NCBI RefSeq assembly: GCF_046119375.1
Contig: NW_027362769.1
Location: forward strand, 369,148,001 to 369,212,000
DNA from: Phyllobates terribilis
Lineage: Eukaryota
Direction of reading: 5' to 3'
Length of the DNA: 64,000 nt
Part shown: positions 27,672 through 39,301 of the stretch, piece by piece
Position numbering within the stretch: the stretch's first letter is position 1
Layout of the letters: every line of letters begins with the position of its first letter
Position numbers and translations under genes: made by a program
The notes under the pieces: model-generated
Databases searched by the model: none
Told to the model about the DNA's origin: nothing
Seen by the model: the letters and a program-made list of their open reading frames with translations, nothing else

Positions 27672-28626
27672 TGTGCAGCGATGTAGGCGCATCTCCAGGC
27701 GTGCAGCGATGTAGGCGCATCGCCAGGCGTGCAGCCATGTAGGCGCATCGCCAGGCGTGCAGCCATGTAGGCGCATCGCCAGGCGTGCAGCCATGTAGGC
27801 GCATCGCCAGGCGTGCAGCCATGTAGGCGCATCGCCAGGCGTGCAGCCATGTAGGCGCATCGCCAGGCGTGCAGCCATGTAGGCGCATCGCCAGGCGTGC
27901 AGCCATGTAGGCGCATCGCCAGGCGTGCAGCCATGTAGGCGCATCGCCAGGCGTGCAGCCATGTAGGCGCATCGCCAGGCGTGCAGCCATGTAGGCGCAT
28001 CGCCAGGCGTGCAGCCATGTAGGCGCATCGCCAGGCGTGCAGCCATGTAGGCGCATCGCCAGGCGTGCAGCCATGTAGGCGCATCGCCAGGCGTGCAGCC
28101 ATGTAGGCGCATCGCCAGGCGTGCAGCCATGTAGGCGCATCGCCAGGCGTGCAGCCATGTAGGCGCATCGCCAGGCGTGCAGCCATGTAGGCGCATCGCC
28201 AGGCGTGCAGCCATGTAGGCGCATCGCCAGGCGTGCAGCCATGTAGGCGCATCGCCAGGCGTGCAGCCATGTAGGCGCATCGCCAGGCGTGCAGCCATGT
28301 AGGCGCATCGCCAGGCGTGCAGCCATGTAGGCGCATCGCCAGGCGTGCAGCCATGTAGGCGCATCGCCAGGCGTGCAGCCATGTAGGCGCATCGCCAGGC
28401 GTGCAGCCATGTAGGCGCATCGCCAGGCGTGCAGCCATGTAGGCGCATCGTCAGGCGTGCAGCCATGTAGGCGCATCGTCAGGCGTGCAGCCATGTAGGC
28501 GCATCGTCATGCACGCAGCAATGTAGGCGCATCGTCATGCACGCAGCAATGTAGGCGCATCGTCATGCACGCAGCAATGTAGGAGCATCGTCATGCACGC
28601 AGCAATGTAGGAGCATCGTCATGCAC
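27672..28626. repeat. 28-bp CpG-rich minisatellite (GCAGCCATGTAGGCGCATCGCCAGGCGT), ~34 copies
   Basis: Near-perfect array; the ORF period of 28 aa equals 3 units. Confidence 0.97.
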
Positions 28627-29225
28627 GCAGCAATGTAGGAGCATCAAGTCTAGTAATCAGAGGCGGCTCTGGGGTTGCCGGCAGTTAGGGGGAAGATCAC
28701 TGGGCTACCGCTGTGGCCACTGAACCAGTGTCCTGAAACTCTAATGACCAATGCTCCATTGCCTGTCATGTGAATGGAGCAGTAATGCACATGGGGACCC
28801 CCCGTTATCAGGGTCGGTGATAACCATTAATGCAGCAGTTAATAAAAAAAAAAAAACATATCTGCGGACACATGCAGCCATCTCCCCCACCAACCAAGGA
28901 AGGGTGTCCCCCAGTTCTTTCTATAGATAGGAAAACCATTTTTAATTGTATTGTTACATCTGATAGGACAGCGCCCCCTGTGGCCAAAGGAACTTCCGGA
29001 TTATACGCAGCACAGGAATACCCTCGTGTTCGGTTTTATGCCTAATAGGATTCATTGATATAAACTCATTTACATTATTATTTTATCCTTAATGGATAAG
29101 GGATTTCCCAGTTGGCGGAGTCCATTTCTTCCATTCACTGCAAGCATCAGTTCTCCCTCCGGAAATAGGGGTAGGGTACCAATGTCAGGAGGGGTCTATG
29201 GTGACCAGACATTTATAGTGTATCC

Positions 29226-29481
29226 ATGGTTAGCACTGCAGCCTTGCAGCGCTGGGGTCCTGGGTTCAAATCCCACCAAGGACAACATCTGCCAGGAGTT
29301 TGTATGTTCTCCCCGTGTTTGCGTGGGTTTCCTCCGGGCTCTCCGGTTTCCTCCCACACTCCAAAGACATACTGATAGGGAATCTAGATTGTGAGCCCCG
29401 ATGGGGACAGTGACGATAATGTATGTAAAGCACTGGGGAATATGTTAGCGCTATATAAAAATAAAGATTATTATTATTATT
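29226..29481 (+). mobile_element. tRNA-derived V-SINE-like element with L2-type tail
   Basis: B-box GGTTCAAATCC, GGGTTTCCTCCGGG...TCCGGTTTCCTCCCACA core, (TTA)n end. Confidence 0.85.
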
Positions 29482-29735
29482 AAAGGGCTTGTGTGCGGTG
29501 TTGCAGCTCAGCTCCATTCACTGGGGATGAGATGCAGTAACACATATAACCCATAGTCGGGGGTGGTGCTGATTCTGGACAAAATCAGTCATGTTTTTTT
29601 CTAATCCTGAAAAACCCCTTTAAGAAAATCAACTCGCTCCTTCTAGATGCTTGGAATAATATGACCTTTACTCAAAATGTTGACAAGAAGTTGACGAGAG
29701 ACAGTGCCGCGAGAGACAGTGCGCCGTACCTGTTA

Positions 29736-29892
29736 TCACATGGTGCGACTGTACTCAATGCCGCTCTTTGCAGAGATGCCGGACCAGGGAAGTAAGCTAC
29801 GCAGCAGGGTGTGGGCCTGGCGGTAGATCCTCTGTGGCAGTGAGCATGGGCTGAGACCGGCCAGGGCAGAACCCAGGTGCTGCAGATAGTCC
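29736..29892 (-). CDS. naa60: N-alpha-acetyltransferase 60, last coding exon
   Basis: DYLQHLGSALAGLSPCSLPQRIYRQAHTLLRSLLPWSGISAKSGIEYSRTM*; a further donor follows 6 nt after the stop (CAG|GTACGG at 29730/29729). Confidence 0.96.
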
Positions 29893-30596
29893 GTAAAGAA
29901 ACGTTAAGGAAAATAAATAATTAGAGAAAGCATGGACAACTTTCAGTGTTGACATTAACGGTCTGTGCTTAGTATGTCAGATTGGAGGGGGTCCAACACC
30001 CTGCACCCCGACTGATCAGCTGTTTGCAGCAGGATGCATAGTGCACTACGTAGTGGACGCTTTGGGGTACTGCAACTCAGCTCCTATTCACTTCAACAGG
30101 AGCTGACCTGCAGTACTCGATAACGACCACTATACAGTGCTATTCCGGTGCAATACATCAGGCCGCAAAGAGAGCTGCGTAAAGTTGATCGGTCGGAGGG
30201 CTGGGTGTCGGACTCCACCGATCCGATATTCTAAGGAAAGAACAACAATATCCAAGTAGAGGAAAACCCTTTTCAGGTGGCCAAACCTGCAAAGTGTGTT
30301 GGAAACGACTGACCAGTAAATGTGTTTGCAGGCTGGACTCTCCTCTGACAGCAAATGTTTTCGAAGGGTCAGGCATGTTGGATTTTAACATGCCTGATCC
30401 TTTGTTCTCAAAGGAGTTAACCCACTGACAAAAGGTGCCTGGCAGCTCCTTACATTCCTCTTCCCATTCAGAACACATGCATGCTCAGCCGAAGTGAGCG
30501 TGCATGTGTATATGGGAGGAGAGGAAAATCTGTGTGAAGGATCTTCTATCCTGACATATTAGTGACATAAAGCCCCCATTAATCTGTGAAGGATAT
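29893..30596 (-). other. naa60: U12-type (minor spliceosome) AT-AC intron of naa60, 704 nt
   Basis: 5' site ATATCCTTC, branch site TTTCCTTAAC 10 nt before a terminal AC; joining restores ...WTVMDYLQHL in frame. Confidence 0.93.
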
Positions 30597-30831
30597 ATCA
30601 CAGTCCAGGGCGGGTGGCCTCCGTTGAGGTATAGCACATAAGTGTAGGCGTCCTGTAGCACCCCGCGGATGGAGTAGTAGTACGGCAGATAGTGGTGCTG
30701 ATGGAAGTGCCGGTTCTCGTAAAAGCGAATGGCGTTGCTGTTGGTGGTCAGCACGTGCAGGTATAGCGCCTTGCACAGGTCCTGGGCGGTACTGGAGATG
30801 TGACTCTTCAGACTTTCCAGCAGCAGGGACC
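30597..30831 (-). CDS. naa60: NAA60 coding exon 4 (GNAT core)
   Basis: SLLLESLKSHIS...YLHVLTTN...YYYSIRGVL...NGGHPPWT; 235 nt; acceptor tttatcag. Confidence 0.97.
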
Positions 30832-30901
30832 CTGATAAAGAAAAGCCCATTAGTGAGTAACCACAGATGCCAATGCCAGTCTCCGCAGCAGTGCGTCTTA
30901 C

Positions 30902-30998
30902 CAATACCCTGCTTCCTGAACTCCTTCACCACGCCCAGGCTCAGGATATATGCCACCTGTGTGTCGCTGGTGAAGCTGGATGCCAAGATGTCCCCATC
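30902..30998 (-). CDS. naa60: NAA60 coding exon 3
   Basis: DGDILASSFTSDTQVAYILSLGVVKEFRKQGI; AG/GT bounded; 97 nt. Confidence 0.97.
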
Positions 30999-31080
30999 CT
31001 AGGAGCACAGAAATCAAGACTTACACAAGGTGACGATGCCAAGGAGGGCGATATAAGATGACGGAGAGGCGTTCACCCAC

Positions 31081-31210
31081 CTCTTTGTGCACTTTGGTCC
31101 TGCTCTTTATTTCGGCTACAATCATGCCCACTATTTGCCCATTGCAGGTGGCTGCCAGGGAGAAGAATTTCTTGTTCGATGTGATGTCTCGGTACCAGGA
31201 ATCCGGGTAC
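31081..31210 (-). CDS. naa60: NAA60 coding exon 2
   Basis: YPDSWYRDITSNKKFFSLAAT...GMIVAEIKSRTKVHKE; 130 nt. Confidence 0.97.
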
Positions 31211-31240
31211 CTGCGAATTATGGTAATAAGGGATGACTTA

Positions 31241-32361
31241 CCGTATTTTTCGTACTATAAGACGCATTTTTTTCCTACAAAATTTTGGAGGAAAGTGGGG
31301 GGATGCGTCTTATAGTCGTATTATTGTATGGCCGCATGGTGGTGGGTTTGGGGGAACGGCAGCCTAGCTGTGCCCGCTACTAAAGAAAATGAATATTCCC
31401 TGCTCCCCACGCCCATGGGCGTAGAGAGCAATGAATATTCATCTCTCTTAATAGCCGGCACACTGAAGCTGCAGCACGACTCCTGCTGCGCTCTGTGGTC
31501 AGTGTGCCCGCTATTAAAGCTCATGAATATTCGCTACAACCCACTCCCATGGGTTGTAGTGAATATCCATGGTCTTTAATAACAAGCACACTGACCACAG
31601 AGCGGCAGCAGGAGCCGCACTGTGGTACAGTGTGCCGGCTATTGAACAGACTGAATGGTCACTGCTCCCCACGCACAGAGCCCGGCATGGGGAGCAGTGA
31701 CTATTCCAGCACAGCGTCTCCTGTGTGAGGGCGCATGGCAGGGACACAGTGAGTGTCAGCAGCAGAGCAGGACAGCGCTGGAGGAGAGAAGAGGTGAGTA
31801 GGATTGTTTTTGTTTTTTTTTTTGCAGCGTGATGGGGGCTCAGAAGGTGCCATGCAAACCAGCATGGGGACTCCGAGGGGTGCCATGCATAGAAAGGATG
31901 GGGACTCCGAGGGGTGCCATGCATAGAAAGGATGGGGACTCCGAGGGGTGCCATGCATAGAAAGGATGGGGACTCCGAGGGGTGCCATGCATAGAAAGGA
32001 TGGGGACTCCGAGGGGTGCCATGCATAGAAAGGATGGGGACTCCGAGGGGTGCCATGCATACCAGGATGGGGGATAAAGGGTTGCCATGCATACCAGGAT
32101 GGGGAATAAAGAGGTGCCATGCATACCAGGATGTGGGATAAAGGGGTGCCATGCATACCAGGATGGGATGGGGGCCACTTATACCAGGAAAGAGGGGATT
32201 GGGGGACATTACCCCAATACCAGTGTCAGCAGCAGACCCCCTCCCCCATAACAGGACATCATGACCACATTTTTTTGCTTACATTTTTTTTTTACATTTT
32301 CCTCCTTTAAAACCTAGGTGCGTCTTATGGTCTGGTGAGTCTTATAGTCCGAAAAATACGG
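31241..32361. mobile_element. Tc1/pogo-type non-autonomous element containing a 34-bp minisatellite
   Basis: TIR CCGTATTTTTCG(T/G)ACTATAAGAC at both ends, TA TSD; 34-bp repeat at ~31860-32170. Confidence 0.85.
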
Positions 32362-32410
32362 TACATAGCATATTCACTACTGGCCGGGACCCCCTCAGGA
32401 ATAGACTTAC

Positions 32411-32520
32411 TCGATGGGAAACCAGTCGGCACATAGTTCTTTCACTGAGTCTATGTCATCATGGCACAGGAAGCGCAGGACCGTGTCAGCGAGAGCAGCG
32501 GGGGAGCCCTCCTCGCTCAT
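32411..32520 (-). CDS. naa60: NAA60 coding exon 1
   Basis: MSEEGSPAALADTVLRFLCHDDIDSVKELCADWFPIE; acceptor 6 nt upstream of ATG (exon starts at 32526); donor GTAAGT. Total CDS 729 nt = 242 aa. Confidence 0.96.
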
Positions 32521-32627
32521 TCACACCTGGCAACGACAGAAGAAGGAAAAAAAAAAGTTTCATGGGAAATTCTCCTACAGGGGGCAGTACAGTTTTATGT
32601 GAACAGCTTTTTCCAGGTCTTCTACCA

Positions 32628-35600
32628 ATCCCCACCCAACCCATCCAGATGCTGCTACCACCCCCTACCCAACCCATCAAAACGCTACCACCCCCACCCA
32701 ACCCATCCAGACGCTACCACCCCCACCCAACCCATCCAGACGCTACCGCCCCCCACCCAACCCATCCAGACGCTACCGCCCCCCACCCAACCCATCCAGA
32801 CGCTACCGCCCCCCACCCAACCCATCCAGACGCTACCACCCCCCACCCAACCCATCCAGACGCTACCACCCCCCACCCAACCCATCCAGACGCTACCACC
32901 CCCCACCCAACCCATCCAGACGCTACCACCCCCACCTAACCCATCCAGACGCTACCACCCCCCACCCAACCCATCCAGACGCTACCACCCCCCACCCAAC
33001 CCATCCAGACGCTACCACCCCCACCTAACCCATCCAGACGCTACCACCCCCCACCCAACCCATCCAGACGCTACCACCCCCCACCCAACCCATCCAGACG
33101 CTACCACCCCCCACCCAACCCATCCAGACGCTACCACCCCCCACCCAACGCCTCCAGATGCTACCACCCCCACCCAACCCATCCAAACGCTACCACCCCC
33201 CAAACAATCCATCCAGACGCTACCACCCCCAACCCATCCAGACGCTACCACCCGCCACCCAACCCATTCAGATGCTACTATTCCCCATCCAACCCATCCA
33301 GACGCTACCACCTACCACTCAACCCATCCAGACGCTACCTCCCCCACCCAACCCATCCAGACGCTACCTCCCCCCACCCAACCCATCCAGACGCTACCTC
33401 CCCCCACCCAACCCATCCAGACGCTTCCTCCCCCCACCCAACCCATCCAGACGCTACCACCCCCCACCCAACCCATCCAGACGCTACCACCCCCCACCCA
33501 GACGCTACCACCCCCCACCCAGACGCTACCACCCCCCACCCAACCCATCCAAACGCTACCGCCCCCCACCCAACCCATCCAGACGCTACCACCCCCCACC
33601 CAACCCATCCAAACGCTACCACCCCCCACCCAACCCATCCAAACGCTACCACCCCCAAACAATCCATCCAAACGCTACCACCCCCAACCCATCCAGACGC
33701 TACCACCCATCCAACCCATCCAGACGGTACCACCTACCACTCAACCCATCCAGACGCTACCTCCCCCCACCCAACCCATCCAGACGCTTCCTCCCCCCAC
33801 CCAACCCATCCAGACGCTACCTCCCCCCACCCAACCCATCCAGACGCTACTACCCCCATCCAGACGCTACCACCCCCATCCAGACGCTACCACCCTCCAC
33901 CCAACCCATCCAGACGCTACCACCCCCCACCCAACCCATTCAGACGCTACAGCCCCCCACCCAACCCATGCAGACGCTACCGCCCCCACCCAATCCATCC
34001 AGACGCTACCGCCCCCACCCAACCCAACCAGATGCTACCACCCCCACCCAACCCATCCAGAAGCTACCTCCCCCCACCCAACCAATCCAGACACTACCTC
34101 CCCAACCCAATCCATCCAGACGCTACCACCCCCACCCAACCCATCCAGACGCTACAACCCCCGACCCAACACATCCAGACGCTACAACCCCCAACCCAAC
34201 CCATGCAGACGCTACAACCCCCCACCCAACCCATGCAGACGCTACAACGCTACCAAACAATCCATCCAGACCCAACCCATCCAGACGCTAACACCCCCCA
34301 CCCAACCCATCCAGGCGCTACAACCCCCCACCCAACCCATCCAGGCGCTACAACGCTACCAAACAATCCATCCAGACCCAACCCATCCAGACGTTACAAC
34401 CCCCCACCCAACCCATCCAGACGCTACAACCCATCCAGACGCTACAACCCCCCCACCCAACCCATCCAGACCCTACAACCCCCCCACCCAACCCATCCAG
34501 ACGCTACAACCCCCCCACCCAACCCATCCAGACGCTACAACCCCCCCACCCAACCCATCCAGACGCTACAACCCCCCACCCAACCCATCCAGAATCTAAA
34601 ACCCCCCACCCAACCCATCCAGGCGCTACAACGCTACCAAACAATCCATCCAGACCCAATCCATGCAGACGCTACAACCCCCCACCCAACCCATCCAGAC
34701 GCTACCACCTCCCCCTCAACCCATCCAGACACTACCATCCCCCACCCAACCCATCCAGACGCTACCACCCTAACCCAACCCATCCAGACGCTACCACCCC
34801 CCACCCAACCCATCCAGACGCTACCACCCCCCACCCAACCCCATCCAGACGCTACCACCCCCCACCCAACCCCATCCAGACGCTTCCACCCCCCACCCAA
34901 CCCCATCCAGACGCTTCCACCTCCCACCCAACCCCATCCAGACGCTTCCACCCCCCACCCAACCCCATCCAGACGCTACCACCCCCCACCCAACCCCATC
35001 CAGACGCTACCACCCCCCACCCAACCCCATCCAGACGCTACCACCCCCCACCCAACCCCATCCAGACGCTACCACCCCCCACCCCAACCCATCCAGACGC
35101 TACCACCCCCCACCCCAACCCATCCAGACGCTACCACACCCACCCAACCCATCCATCGCTCATTCACACCTGGCACAGAAGAAGAAAAAAAAAAAGTTTC
35201 ATGGGAAATTCTCCTACAGGGGGCAGTACAGTTTTATGTGAACAGCTTTTTCCAGGTCTTCTACCAATTCCCACCCAACCCATCCAGATGCTACCAGCCC
35301 CCACCCAACCCAACCAGACGCTACCACCCCCACCCAACCCATCCAGACGCTACATCCCCCCACCCAACCCATCCAGACACTACATCCCCCCACCCAACCC
35401 ATCCAGACGCTACATCCCCCCACCCAACCCATCCAGACGCTACAACCCCCCACCCAACCCATCCAGACGCTACAACCCCCCCACCCAACCCATCCAAACG
35501 CTACCACACCCACCCAACCCATCCAGACGCTACCACCCCCACCCAACCCATCCAGACGCTACCACCCCCACCCAACCCATCCAGACGCTACCACCCCCAC

Positions 35601-35746
35601 CCAACCCATCCAGACGCTACCACTCCCACCCAACCCATCCAGACGCTACCACCCCCACCCAACCCATCCAGACGCTACCACCCCCACCCAACCCATCCAG
35701 ACGCTACCACCCCCACCCAACCCATCCAGACGCTACAACCCCCCAC
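32628..35746. repeat. C-rich ~30-bp minisatellite (CCCACCCAACCCATCCAGACGCTACCAC); resumes at 36959-37475
   Basis: Periodic Pro-rich ORFs; interrupted by a duplicated unique block at ~35156-35270 and by a hAT element. Confidence 0.95.
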
Positions 35747-35919
35747 CAGGGCTGTGGAGTCGGTAAGTCAAACCTGCGACTCCGACTCCTACATATATTG
35801 CTTATATTTAAGTGAAAAATGTATTGTAGTACAATGTGAACATCAGACATTTAATCATTTTTATGATACAATAATCAAGATATTTAGATAGAATATAATG
35901 ATGGATAGATGGATAGATA

Positions 35920-36206
35920 CAGTTAGGTCCATATATATTTGGACAGAGACAATATTTTTCTAATTTTGGTTCTAGACATTACCACAATGAATTACTTTTG
36001 GTCCCTTTAAAAACAGGGTGGCACATGTTAAGGAGCTGAAACTCCTAAACCCTTCATCCAATTTTAATGTGAATACCCTCAAATGAAAGCTGAAAGTCTG
36101 AACTTCAACTGCATCTGAATTGTTTTGTTTAAAATTCATTGTGGTAATGTCTAGAACCAAAATTAGAAAAATGTTGTCTCTGTCCAAATATATATGGACC
36201 TAACTG
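35920..36206. mobile_element. Tc1-like MITE nested in the hAT element
   Basis: TIR CAGTTAGGTCCATATATATTTGGACAGAGACAA; left TA intact, right flank TG. Confidence 0.85.
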
Positions 36207-36436
36207 TGGAGGGATGGATGGATGGAGGGAGGCATGGATGGATGGAGGGAGGGAGGCATGGATGGATGGAGGGAGGGAGGCATGGATGGATGGATGGAGG
36301 GATAGATGGAGGGATAGATGGAGGGATAGATGGAGGGATAGATGGAGCACTGCAGCAAACAAGTGAGTTTTGATAGGTGCGTGCCCCTGCTTCTATGGGG
36401 GGGGGGCAGCTGCCCCCCCTGCCCCTCGCTGGCTAA

Positions 36437-36772
36437 GGCCATGATTCACGCACAGCGTTTTTACGGATCCATTTTTTTGCAGTAAAATGCAGTGACTCTG
36501 GGCATCCCAGCAAAGTCAATGGGTTTCAAGATATGACATTCAGACACATCGTTTTGGGAGGATCAGTTTTTGGGCTCAAAAACGGATCCTCACAAAGAAT
36601 GAGCATGTCAGTTTGTTCGGCGTTTTTCTAATCTGCTTTTGCTATTGAAAACATTATCTATGAGCTCAAAAACCTTTCAGGTGATGAGGTTTTTTAAAAA
36701 GCTAATCTGCTTTTGCAGCTGAAAAAGGTATCCTCAAAAAACGTAGCAAAAACGCTGTGTGTGAATGTAGCC
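36437..36772. mobile_element. Harbinger-type MITE nested in the hAT element
   Basis: GGC...ATTCAC / GTGAAT...GCC ends, TAA/TTA flanks. Confidence 0.75.
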
Positions 36773-37794
36773 TTAGAACAGGAATAGGACAGCCATTTAT
36801 AGGACATTTCATAACTTTCCCAAATTCCTATCAAAAAATATTCCCCACAAACTGCATTGATCTACTGTACCCAATTTATTATATATTTTAGGAGTCGGAG
36901 TCGGTCCATTTTATACCGACTCCACCAAATGAGCACCGACTCAGACTCCACAGCCCTGCCCCCCACCCAACCCATCCAGACGCTACAACCCCCCCACCCA
37001 ACCTATCCAAACGCTACAACCCCCCACCCAACCCATCCAAACGCTAGCACCCCCCACCCAACCCTTCCAAACGCTAGCACCCCCCACCCAACCCATCCAG
37101 ATGCTACCAGCCCCATCCAAACCCATCCATCCAGACGCTACTACCCCCCACCCAACCCTTTCAGACGCTACCTTACCCTACCCAACCCATCCAGACGCTA
37201 CCTCACCCCACCCAACCCAACGCATCCAGACGCTACCACCCCCACCCATTCCGAAGCTATCACCTCCCACCCAACCCATCCAGACGCTACCACCCTCACC
37301 CAACCCATCCAGACGCTACCTCCCTCCAACCCAACCCGTCCAGACGCTACCACCTCCACCCTAACCCGTCCAGATGCTACCACCCCCCACCCCAACCCAT
37401 CCAGACGCTACCACCCCCATCCCAACCCATCAGATGCTACCACCCCCACCAAAGCCATCCAAACGCTACCACCCCCAGCCTCTTCCAAAGAGATGAATTA
37501 CAGGATTATACTTCCCGTATCCTGTATCCAACCATTGTAACCCAAGAGCAGTCTCAGGTATCAGGCACCCAAGTCACAGCGGTCTCCTGTATGAAGTGCC
37601 AAGAAACAACCGCCTTTGTCTACCCAGACACAGAGACTGTGTGGCCAGCAGTGATTGCTGTACCCTGGCACGTAGCGGCACTGGCACAGCAAAGATTACA
37701 CACACGCCCGGGAGATCAAGAGAGGACGTATCCTACATGTAGTACAGGCATGGAGGCAGCGGATTACGGGGCGACAGAAAGCAAACAGCCTCAC

Positions 37795-37877
37795 CTTGGT
37801 TCTGGAGCAGCGTGGCCTCAGATCAGCGTCTCCCGGCCGATCCCCGAGCTCCTCCAGGTTTACAGAGACTCCATGAG
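37795..37877 (-). other. naa60: Candidate naa60 5' UTR exon (83 nt) with a 4-codon uORF (MESL*)
   Basis: Strong acceptor tctcctttctgtctgcag| and donor AAG|GTGAGG, located between the promoter and coding exon 1. Confidence 0.55.
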
Positions 37878-39301
37878 CTGCAGACAGAAAGGAGACGAGA
37901 GTACAGATTACTCACGATGGTGCTGCAGATCCTGCTCACTACTACTAGCAGATGGCTGGGTTCACAACTATATGGCGGCATAATATCTTGTATACGTGGG
38001 GTGGTCTAAAAGCCCTGAAAGAAGGCAGACATGACTTTTTTTATGTTTTTTTTTTTTTTAAAGGGGTTGCTCTGGTGCGATTCACTTCTGCATCAGGAGA
38101 GGATGACGTCCCGTTGACAAGTGCCTGACAGGGTGCACACGTCCTGGCAGACACCTGCAATCCCATAGAAAATTAATGGGGTGTTCCAGCGTCGGGACCT
38201 CCAGAGACCACCTATCCTATGGATCGGAGATAACATGCTACGATAGAATACCCCTTTAAGCTGAATTAAAGAGGTTACACAGGTATTAATAGACTCGGAC
38301 AAATTAAAGGGGTATTCCTGTGATCTCTCTTCACGAGCTCCTGATGATTATGCCGCAGGCCCGAACTGTCCTCTTTCTTTTTGCAAGCAGAGGAAGACCT
38401 CAGGGGCACCGAAGCTGGATGTATCCAGCCAGCTACAGATCGGTGCTTACAAGCTCTACATCAACAAGCTTGTAAGCCCTGTGCTCTTTCCTATGCTGCA
38501 AGCAGAGACCGCTTTACCGCCGCAGCATAGGAAAACGGCGGCTTCAGAGCACCGCTTACAAGCTCTACATCAACAAGCTTGTAAGCGCTGTGCTTTTTAA
38601 AAAACAAAACAAAAACAAAATTGCTTGTTTTTACAAGCGCTTTGCAATTTTACCCATTTAAAGGGGTTCTCTGGCAATGTATAGATACACAGCTGTCATA
38701 GCGATAAATACACAAGAAGCGGTCAGTTTGCAAAATACAGTAGTGTGAAGGAGGATGAGATCTTAACAACTCTTATCCACATCCCGTGGAAAATTTCCAA
38801 GCAGAAAGTGACCGTGGTGCAGATTGTTAAATACGGTGCATGTAAATTCCTGTCCGGTCCCCATCGATGACGTGTAGCCATAGTCTGCAGCGGCCGCACG
38901 TCATCCCCCGGTATTTTTGCAGAAAGGAAATCCGCAAGATTCGGTGCCATTTTTTTTCCGTTGCCGACTTCGAAGGGATTTTTCTCAGTTTTGGCGCAGA
39001 AATTTTTCCCAGAAAATCTATCATACGTGAATGTGTCCGGCAGGAGGGTCCGCATTGGGCAGAACTGCTGCGGATTTTACCAGCAGATTGGAACAGATAA
39101 AATCCATTAGTAGGCGAGTGAATGGGACTGCACTTTTTTATGCACAAAGTGAAGTTAAAATCTGCACCTTTTGACGATTTTCACTGCAATAGGGGTGAAA
39201 TCAGCAGCGGAATTTGCAGATTTGCCGTGAAATCCATCAGTGGATTTTCCAAAAATTTAAAGGGGTCTTCAGCCAACGCTAAAGCTGTAAATCACCAAAA
39301 A

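Larger units (their letters stand above)
35747..36958. mobile_element. hAT-type non-autonomous element
   Basis: TIR CAGGGCTGTGGAGTC...GACTCCACAGCCCTG, 8-bp TSD CCCCCCAC on both sides. Confidence 0.9.

Noticed and set aside
27456-28494. Three overlapping ~300-aa ORFs on the - strand
   Set aside because: A stop-free 28-bp unit gives the same peptide in all frames.
30579-30986. Single-exon NAA60 ORFs from the track
   Set aside because: They read through introns; the true structure is five exons including a 70-nt intron and an AT-AC intron.
32461-35891. 712/619-aa extensin-like proline-rich ORFs
   Set aside because: C-rich minisatellite antisense to a naa60 intron; starts overlap the naa60 exon by chance.
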